Source: Trichosphaerium sp. ATCC 40318
Lineage: Eukaryota; Protista; Tubulinea
DNA: 64,000 nucleotides
Assembly (NCBI GenBank): GCA_038496445.1
Contig: JALMLS010000334.1
Span: 186,001-250,000 of the forward strand
Direction: 5' to 3'
Shown one piece after another: positions 22,714-34,454 of the stretch; position 1 is the first letter of the stretch, and each line of letters starts with the position of its first letter. The notes below the pieces were generated by a model, which worked only from the letters and a program-made list of their open reading frames with translations, made no database searches and was not told where the DNA came from. The position numbers and the translations under genes were made by a program.

Positions 22714-25713
22714 GATGACACATAAACCACCTATGGTACGTATTTATATTGTTTAGATGACTAAAATTAGCACGAATCTGTTTTGACCGTCCGTTTCGTA
22801 CTTTTGCTTTTTTTGCTTTGTTCAAATTTAACTGTTGCATACTCAACCTCTCCCAGATACGCCGTAATGCTAGCACGCGGTTATTCAGGCCATTAAGTTT
22901 GCTATCAGCAATTAACGAGGTAGAAAATCTTGGGCGCTCGCCAACAGGCCAAGATACATTTAAAACGATGAATACAAGGGATTGGATCAAAAACCAAAGC
23001 TCTGGTGGTCGAAAGCGGTCGGCTAGTGAGGGTGCCTGTTTTGATAAGGTTAGATTGGTTATAAATGCATAATGCGTTTAAAAACAAATGCTAAAAAATT
23101 TGTACAGAGCTGGGACTATGCTTCCAACAAAACACGCACATTAGTAGAAGAACTCGCGTACTCGACTCAAGGATATGATAGCGAGTCTATGGCGTACGTT
23201 TACTTGATTAGTAAAACAGTTTTGTGGGTCCTGTTTATTTAAGGGTTTCTCTATCCTAAATCAAACATACAATTTGGTATTCACCGGTTATGTATTAAAA
23301 AAACGTTTAGTGTTGATGATCTTGATGTACAAAGCGCATTCGGCAGTTTTCAAGGTATCTTTTTACGGAAAGAGGGTCTGCCTCTACTTTAAAACCACAA
23401 AAGAACGACTTCGTGCTAATCTGTTTTATACAGAGTCCTCTTTTGAAGATGACACGTCAGATGATAGTACTACGCCACCGTATTCGCCACGACATGATAA
23501 TAGCAATACGAAATTACAACAACAGTGGAAAACAAAAAAGTTGGACAAAAATGGTACACACAAGCAGCGAATGAGCAGTGGTCGCACAACTGCGAATACG
23601 CCAAAGAAAAAGGCACGTAAACAGGTTTATGGTTTTTTTGGTGAACTGAATCACTTTTTGGTGTTGTTTATACCCATCACACTGTCACAACTCAATTAAA
23701 TCAACTAACACAATGTAGAGAATTGCTATCACTTATACACGAACAGCAGAGGGTAGAAGAATTATTGATAAAGCGACATTGACGCAACTTGTAGAATTAT
23801 ACGCCGTTGAAGCTCAAGGTATGTATACTCGCGCGTAGATCGTTGTAGTGCCTCTTGTTTTTGTTTCGAATATTTCAACCACAAGTAAAAAAGTGAAAAA
23901 AAAAAGTACAATAATTCAATTTCTGATGCACAAATAAGATAATGCTTCGATTCACCACTTGGTATTGGCAATTGGTAATTTTGTAGAGCCATTGACAGTG
24001 TTTTCAAAGTTTATAGACTGGTACGTAAACATTTGTTATTATTTGATTTAATTTTTTTTTTGGTTTTTATTTTTGTTGTTGTTTAAATTTTTGCTGAGAA
24101 TTTTCTTACTTTTGATGTCTAAGTTTCTGGCAATCACAAGAAAAAGTTATTGTTTACATAATTTCTGACTTCTGACAATTGATTTATTTAGTTTTATGAA
24201 CCCTCCTGTAAAAGATAAGGACGATGATAATTTAATCCAAGTAGTACGATTTCGTATTATCAACGTCATAAAAAAGTGGTTGGAAATCAGTTTTTTCCAC
24301 CTACAGCTTTCAAATGCTTTTAAACGCGTTCTTGCTGAATTTGTTCAATACCTGGGCAAGCACCATCCAGCTCTACGCGAAATAATTGGAAAAGTCTTAC
24401 AAGGAGTACGCCACACTATCGCTCCTTTAAAGATTCTCATTGGATTGCGTAGGCGCAAGAAAAAAGCGGACCAATGGTAAAGTACCAAGGTGGATCCCCT
24501 GCACCGCGACCAAGAAAGCCCAAGAGAAAACTTCGAAAGGGTAAAGATTGGTCTTTGCTTGATTTCCATCCAGTGGAGATTGCAAGGCAGCTCACTTTAA
24601 TCGACCATGCGAATCAAAGGAAAATACTTCCTTATGAATTCTTGCAATGCCGATGGACGAAGCGACAATCTCCAAATATCCGTGCAGCAACGGATTATGT
24701 CAACAAGGTATGATAATAGAAAACAAAAAAAAAAATCACCTTTCTAATCACCTTTTTTTTTAGTTATCTTATTGGCTTGCTTATCAAGTTGTGCATCAAC
24801 CCAGCTTAAAAAAGAGAGCTTTAACGCTGAGTTTGATTGCGAAAGTAGCAAAAGTACGTTTGTTACTCTTCTTACCCTTTCTACGGGTGTGTTTTATTAC
24901 CAATATTCATTTATTTTTAGTGTTTGTTGAGTATGCACAGCTTTAATTCTTTAATGGCTATCTACTTGGCTCTCAATTTTGCCTCTATTGCTCGCCTTAC
25001 ACAGACATGGAAGCTTATGCCTAACAAATACTACGTGCTTTGGAAAAAAATCTCGCGACTGATGTCGCCACGTAATAATTTTAAGAATTTCCGGGCATAT
25101 TACTCTGGTAGAGAACCACCAATTGTATTTTGCTTAGGTACGCACTCTCCACGAGATTTTTTTTTTGGTTGACGAAGTTCATTGTTTTTAACGCTACGCG
25201 TTTTCGTTTTACAGCTCTAACGGCTTTGTAGAGATTGTATTGAAGGATCTATTGTTCTATGAGGACGGTACAGAGAAAATTGTAGATGGTGATGGTATTA
25301 TAGATGTTAATACAATGGAACGGATAGGTGGTATACTTGATCATATACGTCACTGTCAAGAAAGACCATATAACTTTGATGAAGAACCAATTCTTCGAGA
25401 TTTTTTGTTGAATATCCGAGTCGTTTCTATTGAAGAGCTTGATGCTGAATCACAGATAAGAGAAATTGGCTTAAACTTTGCCAGCATAGGACAGGCAGGA
25501 AGAGGCATGTCTTTGGATAGTCAACTGGCAAAACAACGCCAACCAAAGATGAAAAAGTATTATTCTCCGCGAAACAGCACAATTCATGTTTCAGGATCTT
25601 CTAAAAAGCGAAGGGACGATAAGAGTAAATCTAGAAAACGCAAAAAGAGTTCACATCCGCTTGTCCCTTCACCACGGTCGCGTTCTAGTGTTGTATCTGT
25701 TGACGATGAATAA
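22714..25713 (+). CDS. RasGEF (REM + CDC25 domain), multi-exon; start uncertain
   Basis: VRFRIINVIKKWLE (REM), DFHPVEIARQLTLID, HSFNSLMAIYLALNFASIARLTQTW, LMSPRNNFKNFR and LKDLLFYEDG. Confidence 0.9.
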
Positions 25714-26131
25714 GAACAAAAAAACCCAAAAACACCAAAAACGATTTGCTTTTTGTTATCGCGACAACAACCTAAAAAAAAGAAACCAAACAACGCCCAA
25801 GACATTGTAAATATTATTAATCCTTAATTATCTTGTACAGTAAAAAAATGTCTCGGTATTTTTATTTTGAGCACGTTTTAGTTTTACTTCAAAAAACCCC
25901 GAAACTTGCAAGTTATCGATATTTTAATTTAACGTTAAGCACTTTTAATGACCAGTACCAAGCACGTGAGTTTCTACGCTTAAAGTAATCCACAAGAATA
26001 CATGATTAATGTGATAGCTTACAGAATCTCACAGGGTTACCATCTCGAAAGATTAGTGCTGAAACACAACTGATAGTTTTGTTTTAGTTCAAGATTTATT
26101 TGATTTTTTTCTAATGATGCGCCTGCTTTTT

Positions 26132-27133
26132 TTACTTTCCTTTGAGCTCGACAGTGTATATATCATAACGCTTCTGTTTTGATACTGGTATCTGCTCCCT
26201 TACTTGATCAATGTATGAAGGGTCAATATCCGCATAAATAATATCTTCTTGGTGCTCTGTAGTTGAAATAACTTCTCCCCAAGGGCTTACAACTGTACTA
26301 TGTCCCCATGCGGTATAAGAAGCTTTTTCGTCTCTGGCTGGAGATACAGCAGCTACATAAATCTGGTTATCAAGAGCTCTACTCCGTTGAAGGAGTTCCC
26401 AATGCGCAGGACCAGTAGTCATGTTAAATGCGCCAGGATAGCATATCATTCTAACTCCTTGCTTCGCTGCAACCATAGCGAGTTCAGGGAAGCGTATATC
26501 GTAACAAATAGCCACACCAACGGATCCAAAGCCTTCAACTGGGAAAGAAGTGACACTTGAGCCAGGTGTCAATGTCTTGGATTCTGTTCAAAAATAACGT
26601 CAGACATTGTCATTGTTGTAAGTGTACCTTGAAATGTCATTTTGCCTGGGATGTCAATGTCGAACAAATGAATCTTTCTGTGTTTGCCTTTAACGTTGTT
26701 AGTACGCGTTTACTAGTATTTTTAAGAACCTAGAAGGTCTCCTTTTGGGCCGTAGATGAGGCTAGTGTTGTACAACTTGTCACCTACTCTTTCAGGGATA
26801 GAACCTAACCTGAGTTATTGAGAGTGCTAGCGGTTAGGTATGACGCACCACCAATGAGGTAAATAGAGTTGGAAATTGCTGCGGCTTTTAGCATTTCGCT
26901 AGAAGGTCCAGGTATCTCCTCGGCGTACTCAGGGAAGTATGAGTTGCCATATGGACAGTTAAAGCACTCCTGAAGAAAAGTTTTAACGAATTTATATTGA
27001 AATATTGCCATACAGGAAGGCACACGATCTTAGCGCCTTTCCCGGCAGCAATTCCAATTTTTGTTTTAGCGTTGGAAAGGTTAACTTTCTTGTCAGCCTG
27101 TACACTCAACTGAATACCCGCAAACTTTAACAT
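26132..27133 (-). CDS. NIT2: Omega-amidase (nitrilase family)
   Basis: [23 protein letters not shown] and [10 protein letters not shown] supply the catalytic E-K-C; [24 protein letters not shown]. Confidence 0.95.
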
Positions 27134-27292
27134 ACTCTCGCTACCGCAGTGTTACAGAGAAATGTTAAGCGACAGAAAGGAGCTCAAGTCGCTTTGATTC
27201 CCATGAGAAAGAATACTCACTCTGTACGCGCGTACAATATGTTACGGCTACACATCAAACAAATGTCAAACTTTATTTTTATTCTTGGTCGC

Positions 27293-28333
27293 TCATCCGA
27301 ATTCTTCTGGTTCTGTGACCTCCATTGGCACAGGAACCTCCTCTACTATCTTGGCTTCCTGGACAACTGGATTGGCACCAGGTGGAAGGTTTTTTCTGAT
27401 TTCTTCTGGAATCTCGTCGGCGCTCTTCTCCTTTACCTTTCTGTCAGGATACAAACCACCTTCAGAGGATTCAATTGTCTAGACACCAAAGCGGTTAACG
27501 ATTATTTTAAGAAAGAACGCGAAATTTGTCGTCAATACCTGTAACATCTTGGAGTATGCCTTTTGTTGCTTTGCCTTGTGATTTTGGAGCTTTTTACGTA
27601 ATTTAGCGTATTCCTCGCGTATTGGCTTGCTCTTTGGATTCTTTTTGTATGCTTTTACAAAAGCGTTAATTTCAAGTGTATCACAGATGGTAACTTACCT
27701 CTTACAATATCTGCCTTTGCTTTGTCTAAATCTCCAATCTCGTTCCAAGCTAGTTTCATTTAGAGCACTACACGACGTACACGAGGCCAACCAGTAACCC
27801 AATTTGTTGAATTTGGTAAAAGGAACTGGTCTACAGACATACCTTTTCCACGCCTGTAGATTGCTTTGTTGTTTTCAGGGTCCAGCTTCAGTACAGCATC
27901 TGTCTTGACAATCACTTTTTCCCACTTCTTCTCGATGATGTAGCAAGCAGCTTGAGCGTAAGGGTCAGTTTATCGAAGCGGTATTTCAACGGTTTACCCA
28001 TGTTATTGCTTGTGCCGATTGTTAGTTGCTTCACTTGCTCTTTTTGTTCATCGGTATACGTTTGCAAGCCTCGTAGGTAAAGAAAAACTTGATTGTATCT
28101 AAACAGTGCATCCTTTTCTTATGTGTTAGTAAGGCATACGTAAAGTCAATAGGTACCTTGTAGGCTTTTTTTTTGAAAAACTCGTTTCCTTCAGCTTTTA
28201 GGTCGTTCGCTTTTTGTAATTTTGATGTAGCTAGTATGTTTTAGTAACAAGACACTTGGATACGTACCGTACAATCGCCTTCATTCCCTTGGTACGCTTG
28301 ACCTACTAAACCAGCAATCGCAGAGTTATCCAT
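27293..28333 (-). CDS. TPR co-chaperone-like protein (TTC9/FKBP-type three-TPR domain)
   Basis: LKAEGNEFFKK, NNMAACY, VLKLDPENNKAIYRRGKAW; carboxylate-clamp-type residues; acidic tail. Confidence 0.85.
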
Positions 28334-28446
28334 GTTGTTTAGAGTGGTTGTTTTGAATTAGGGTGTTTGTGTTTATGTGAAATTTCAAGACTTAACTTTT
28401 TTGCTTTGAACGATATTTTTAATCTACCCACAGCTATACCAGTACC

Positions 28447-30006
28447 ATGGCAGAAGACAATACTACAGTAGGGAGTCTTTATCCTTCAGATGCTTCAAAA
28501 TACAAGTTAATAGAGCAAATTGGCAAAGGAGGTAACAAGAATGAGGTGTGGAAGGCTGAATGCACATTAACGGATGGAAAGACCGAAACTGTCGCTGTTA
28601 AGATTATCAATTTAGAGGACATGGAAGAAGCCCATTTGAATAGGGTTGTGGTGCGCATATAACAAAACGATCGATTTTTTTTTTAGAAGTGTATTGTCCA
28701 CTGACACTGCACCCGCCAGAAAGAGATTCAAATCATGAATATGTGCAAGCACGCCAATCTAATTGCGTATCATTGCTCTTTTGTGCATAAAGACCAACTA
28801 TGGCTAGTTATGAGGCTTCTAGAAGGTTAGTGCGCTACATCGCGCTGCGTTGTTTAAATGGGGACTTTGCTAATATGTCCAAACCATTTAAAAATCTTCT
28901 AACATCGCTTTAGGCTCATGTCTTGATATAATGCGTTTTAAATACCCAAACGGCCTTGGAAACCAAGAGGAGCTTGTTGCAACAATTTTAAAACAAACTC
29001 TCGTTGGGTTAGTCGCACTTCATGATGAAGGGCTACTTCACAGAGACGTCAAAGCAGGTATAAATAAACCAAATTATTAACAAAACACGTTACTGACCAA
29101 AAAAGGTAATATCCTCGTCGACGAGAGTGGTCGCATTTGTCTTGCCGATTTTGGCTTTTCTGCTATACTTGACTCGCACGATGAGCGTCGTACAACATTT
29201 GTAGGCACACCATGTTGGATGGTACGCACTTGTGGTATTTATTTATTCAGTTTTTTTTTTCAAAAATACAATTTTGGGTTTTTTTTTGATTTATTTTTTA
29301 ACACCGTTGTATGTAGGCTCCTGAAGTGCTAGACCCTGAAGAAGTACGTAAAAACTATTTAATTTGACATAGAAGAACTAATAAAGTGTATCAGTATAAA
29401 GGTTATGATAGACGTGCTGACACATGGTCTTTGGGTATTACCGCCATTGAACTTGCTTATGGTCGTGCACCTTACGCTGCTTCTTTGCCTATGAAGGTCA
29501 TTGCACAAGTTATAAAGAACCCACCACCTTCATTGACGAATCCTGATAATACAAAAGACAAAAAGGAAGAGCGTCCTAAGTTTTCTAAGAGCTTTCAAAA
29601 TTTTGTTAGTGCGTGCCTTGTCAAGGATCCTAAGAAGAGGTTCGTTCTATTTTGGAAACTATTTGCTTCCAATGTGTCACACTAACCACGTGTTTTTTAT
29701 GGATACAGAGCTACTACTCAAAAGTTACTTGGACACAAGTTTATTACCAAGGCTTCAAAGCTAGGTGACTCGTTTATCAAAGATGAGCTATTAAAAGATC
29801 TTCCACCTATTGGAGAACGCTTTAAAGAGATTTATTTACCTCCTTCAAAGGGAGGCAAAAAGAGAGGGTGCGTGTGCTGTCCGCTGAAGATTTTTTTTTA
29901 ATTGACGGGTTGTAGTGGTAAGAAAGGAGGCAAAAAGAAGGGCTCTGATAGTAATAAAGAATTTTGGGACTTTGACGCTTTGGAAGAAGAGATTGGCAAG
30001 AAGTGA
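28447..30006 (+). CDS. Ste20-family Ser/Thr kinase, OSR1/SPAK(Fray)-like
   Basis: [98 protein letters not shown]. Confidence 0.92.
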
Positions 30007-30245
30007 GCCACGTAGAAATCTTCCGTAAAGGGCTTCTTCCTTCTTGATTACATGTACATGACGTCCCAAAAAAAAATAGTAAAACACAGTTAGTGGCTTG
30101 TCTTTTGTACACTGGTGCGTAAAGCCGCTGGAGTAGTAACGGCAGCTGAAAAAATATTGAGACAACCGACAACGTTTAAGCCAGTTTTAGCTTAAATTCA
30201 GTTCCAGCGACCTCTAACAACCAACGAAGCTAGTGTAAATTCACC

Positions 30246-30894
30246 ATGGCAACGAAGGTATCATCGACTCGTATCTTTTACAACATAGATGCTATGAAGC
30301 ACTATGTTTACGGCAAAATTACGCCTGGCAAGTACGTCGACACCGTTGTCGACCCTCGTGCACCATGGAAACCTCCATCGCAAGCTTTGCAAGTCGCTAA
30401 GGCCACTCCACTCGTATACAGAAATATACATCCATTGAGGGAACTTGCAGGAATATGGCGATGGTACGTGCGCATGGCGCGCTATTAAAACAAAAAAACA
30501 AAATATTGATTATTTTCCTTAGGTATACATTCAGAGCATATTTTTGCCCACCTTTGAAAGGGTACGGCATCGTATTAGCGTTAATTTGTTTTTCTAACCT
30601 AAATTCTTAGTGGTGTTCGCTACCTATACGGTATTGCTCCTTTCCTCCCTTACGTCATGGTTTTCATTCATGGTGGTACTGGAGCTAAGCCAGTTACACT
30701 CGATATTGAATGGAAGCGTGCTACCAAAGCCATTTTAGATAACAGACAAGCTGAGCCTTTTATTCGGTACACACTACCTTTTTTTTTATTCGCTCACTTG
30801 TTTAAAAAAGACTAACGCCTTTACCCCTCTTAGTCGCGAATATGGTTTCTTGCCTAACTTGCCACACGAAGAGTTCTTCCCACAAGACTTTTAA
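30246..30894 (+). CDS. Probable cytochrome c oxidase subunit IV (COX4/yeast Cox5)-like protein
   Basis: Single hydrophobic segment followed by KPVTLDIEWKRATKAILDNRQAEP, resembling the COX4 C-terminal T...EW......NP motif; 3 introns. Confidence 0.5.
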
Positions 30895-31123
30895 ATTGCA
30901 TCAACACCCCTTTTTCTTTAACTTGTACAACATGATACAATATGGTATTTAAAGCGTCATTTGGTAACTAGCTGTGTCATTGTATTTTACTGGAGTTGAC
31001 GTTTTGTTTTTGTCGTTGGAATTGTTCAAAAAACTCGTAACTCAAAAATTTGCGTTCTAAAGTGTATTAACAGTCATACGTCTGTACTGTGAGTATTTAG
31101 AAAGCGCGTAGTACGTGTGTATA

Positions 31124-34100
31124 ATGGCAACTAGCAATGCGGTACGTATTTTGGTGTTACATAGCGCGAGAATGACAGTATAGCAGTTAGAAGGGTACCT
31201 ACACAAGAAGGGAGACAAGGGTTTTGTTAAAGGCTGGAAAAAACGATACTTCAAGCAGGTAACTGCCACTGGCATCGCGTATCTGCAATTACGCAGTGTT
31301 GTTGATAGTAATTGACACGCAATCTAGAGAGGCGATAAAGTGTACTATCATGCTGAAAAGGATTCTTCAGGACCACCAATATCGTTTATAGGTCCACTAG
31401 CTCATTTTCAACAAACCGTTTCATAACTGACAAACTAGACCTCAATTTGGTAGAATCTGTAACAATCAATGATAGCCTCGTAAAAGGAAACAGTCCATCT
31501 GGAAGAGGTTTTCAGGTAAACATTGCTTGGGAATCGACTTTCTTTATTGTACAACTTTGTTTTTTTAAACTTTTTCCAGATTAACGTTCCTGGACGTCAA
31601 TATCTCCTCATAGCTCCGGATGACACTCAAGTTAATAAGTGGGTTGGTGGTATAAACAAGTGCATAGCCAAAAAGGGCGACAACTCGGAGGAGAAGTTGC
31701 AACAGGTATTGTACTACCACTCCCAGTTTTTCCAATTGATTTGTGGCTCATTGCGTTATAGCTTCAACAACAGCTGATTATGACACAAGAGGAGAACCAG
31801 AAGAAATCTGATTTGATAAGCGACTTGAAGCGCCAGTCAATGAGCTTTCAAGATGCTGATAGGGCTTCAATGCAAGCCAAGGCAGAGGTTGAGAGATTAA
31901 AGGGAGAACTAGCTAGAGTAGAATCAGAAAAAGATACAATAATCAGAGGCGAGTTTTACTATTGCTTGTACCTGTTTTAATTGCTCTATCAGACCTTAAA
32001 CTAGAGAAAGAGAGGTTAGTCGCACAGAACAAGCGATTTGAAGACCAGGTATTCACGTACGTCTTCGAGAATTCGTTCAAAAATGTGGTTTTGACTTGAC
32101 TGTTTTTTAAGGTTGACATCAAAGAATGAAGTACTCTCTTCTGAACTTAATCGTTCTGAGAATAAGGTCCAGTCTTCTGTTTCAGATGATAAAGAGTACC
32201 AGGTAAGAATATCATTTATTTTTATCTTAATATCACGTGTTTGTCTCACAGCTTTAAAATAAGGAAGTTGTATCAGCAGCACGTGCTGCTAGTATCAAAC
32301 ACGAAGAGGAGATTAAAGCACTTCAACGTAATATTGAACTCGCTACAGAAAGACATGAAGTGACTGCAGCAGAGCAAAAACTAGCAAAAGAAGCAGCTGA
32401 TGAACGCGAAGCAAAAGAGAAGCGACTTGCCGAAAAAATAGATTCTCTCACTTCACAACTCACTGAAGCCAAGACTACCATTGATACTCTTCGCAAAGAA
32501 AAAACAACAGTGGCGGATGAGGCTTCACAACACCTCCGGGACCTCCATGAGTCACGTGCGCGGTTCAATGTTATTCAAGGAGAATACGAGCAGTTGAAGG
32601 AAGAGCATAAAGAGACTGTATCTGAGTGGTCTTCTGAGAAATCAAAAGCAGCCGAGTTAGGCGCTGTCAATAAGCAGTTAGAGCAAGCCAATACAACTCT
32701 TGAGGAAAAGTTATCTGCAGACCATAAAGAAGGTAGATCCCAAGCAGATGATCTATCAGGGAAGCTTCAAGAAGCAAACATGAAAATAAAGGCGTTAGAA
32801 GAGAGCAATGGTTTCCTTGAAGCAGCCAAAGCCGACATTGAAAAACAGTTAGCTGAGTCACAGGAATCACATACTGCTCTTACTCTTGCAAAGGAAGCTA
32901 TTGAATCAGAGTTTCAAATTGCCAAACAAGCCGATGACCGTACGTCAAAGTGTCCCTAGCAGTTGTTTGTTCAATGCTAACTGAGGGTTGTTTTAAAGAA
33001 TGGAAAGTCAAGTTTGAAACACTCGAACAAAGCCTACAGTCTACGACTGAATCAAAGGATCAGCAACTATCCAAGGCTCTTAAAGAGAAAGCAGAGACTG
33101 AGAGTGATTTGGCACATGCTAAAACAGCTGTGGAACAGAAGGAAGCGGAGTTAGAACTTTACAAGAAAAACAGTGTGGCTACTGTTGAAGAGAAAGAAAA
33201 CGAGATTAAAAGATTAACTGATGCTGTTACACAGCATCAAGTCGATATCCAAAAATCCCAAGCTGACGCTAGAGCAGAGAGTCAACGCCTTGAAGGCCGG
33301 TTAGAAGAGAAAGAAGAGTTGATAGAGAAGACAAAGCGTGATCACGCCGAAGAAATGGCGAGACTCGAAGGTAGAGTTCAGGCACAGCAACAACGCTTAG
33401 AGGAGTACATAAAGGATGTTGCTGAGAAGGAAGCACAAATACATACGCTACAGACAACTAATGCGGAACTGAAGTCGAGGTATGACGATGCTAAGAAGCA
33501 AGCTGAGCATGATATCGAAGCGCATACTACAACTTTGAAGGAACAGACTGATGAGAAGGATAGTGCTGTTCAAGCTCAAAAAGAACAGTTGGAAGAGGCT
33601 CAACTTGAAGTAAAGTCGTTGGGCGTAACTCTTGAGGCAAGGAACGCTGAGTTGAAGAGGTTACAGTCTAAGATTGAGACTGAGGAAGAAAAGAATTTGA
33701 CAATGTTGAAACAGTTGCAGCAAGATATGTTACAGTTTCAGGCTTTGTTGAAAGAAAAAGATGAACGTATTGGTGTTTTGACAACTCAGTTGTCTGAGGC
33801 TCAAGATAAACATTCTGAGTGGGCTAATAAGCATGAAGAGGCTCTAGGGAACCTAAACGATCGATACGCAGACCACGAAAACAACAAGTACGAGCAGCAA
33901 CTTATCATTTCTTTTTTGTTGATTCCTTTGTAGAGATTCAAAGTTGGAATCACTTGCAGAAGACAACAGACAATTGAAAGAAAGGCATGAACGTGATGTC
34001 AAGAGATTAGAAGATGTTTTAGGTGAGCTTTCAGCTCTACAAGATAGAATGGAAGCTCTTGAAGAAAAGGCACCACTTGATGAACAGGTACCGTTCATTC

Positions 34101-34315
34101 GTTCTTGCTCATTATATTGTATTGTGATTATTCATTCTTTTCTTCTACTTTAGGCATCTGTTGTTCAGCTGCAAGCTGACTTACACAGCAAGAACAGACA
34201 GCTTGCGCTGGTGTCATTGAGCTACGCTAAAGCTTTGGATAATATCAGGGAGTACAGAGCAAAGCTGAAGGCTGTTAAGGAACAACTTCAAGATTCAAAC
34301 AGCGAAATGGCATAA
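31124..34315 (+). CDS. N-terminal PH domain plus long coiled-coil protein
   Basis: EGYLHKKGDKGFVKGWKKRYF...FQINVPGRQYLLIA....NKWVGGI, then several hundred E/K/Q/L-rich heptad residues. Confidence 0.88.
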
Positions 34316-34454
34316 AAATTCGTGTTTTGCCTGTGTGCCTCAATAACTTACTGTGTACAAAAAAAAAAGAATATTACTAAATCTAACTTTATTTATTTCT
34401 TCCTTTTTTTTGCTTTGAACTTGAAGCTTTTTGTGACTAAGGGGGTATGATGAT

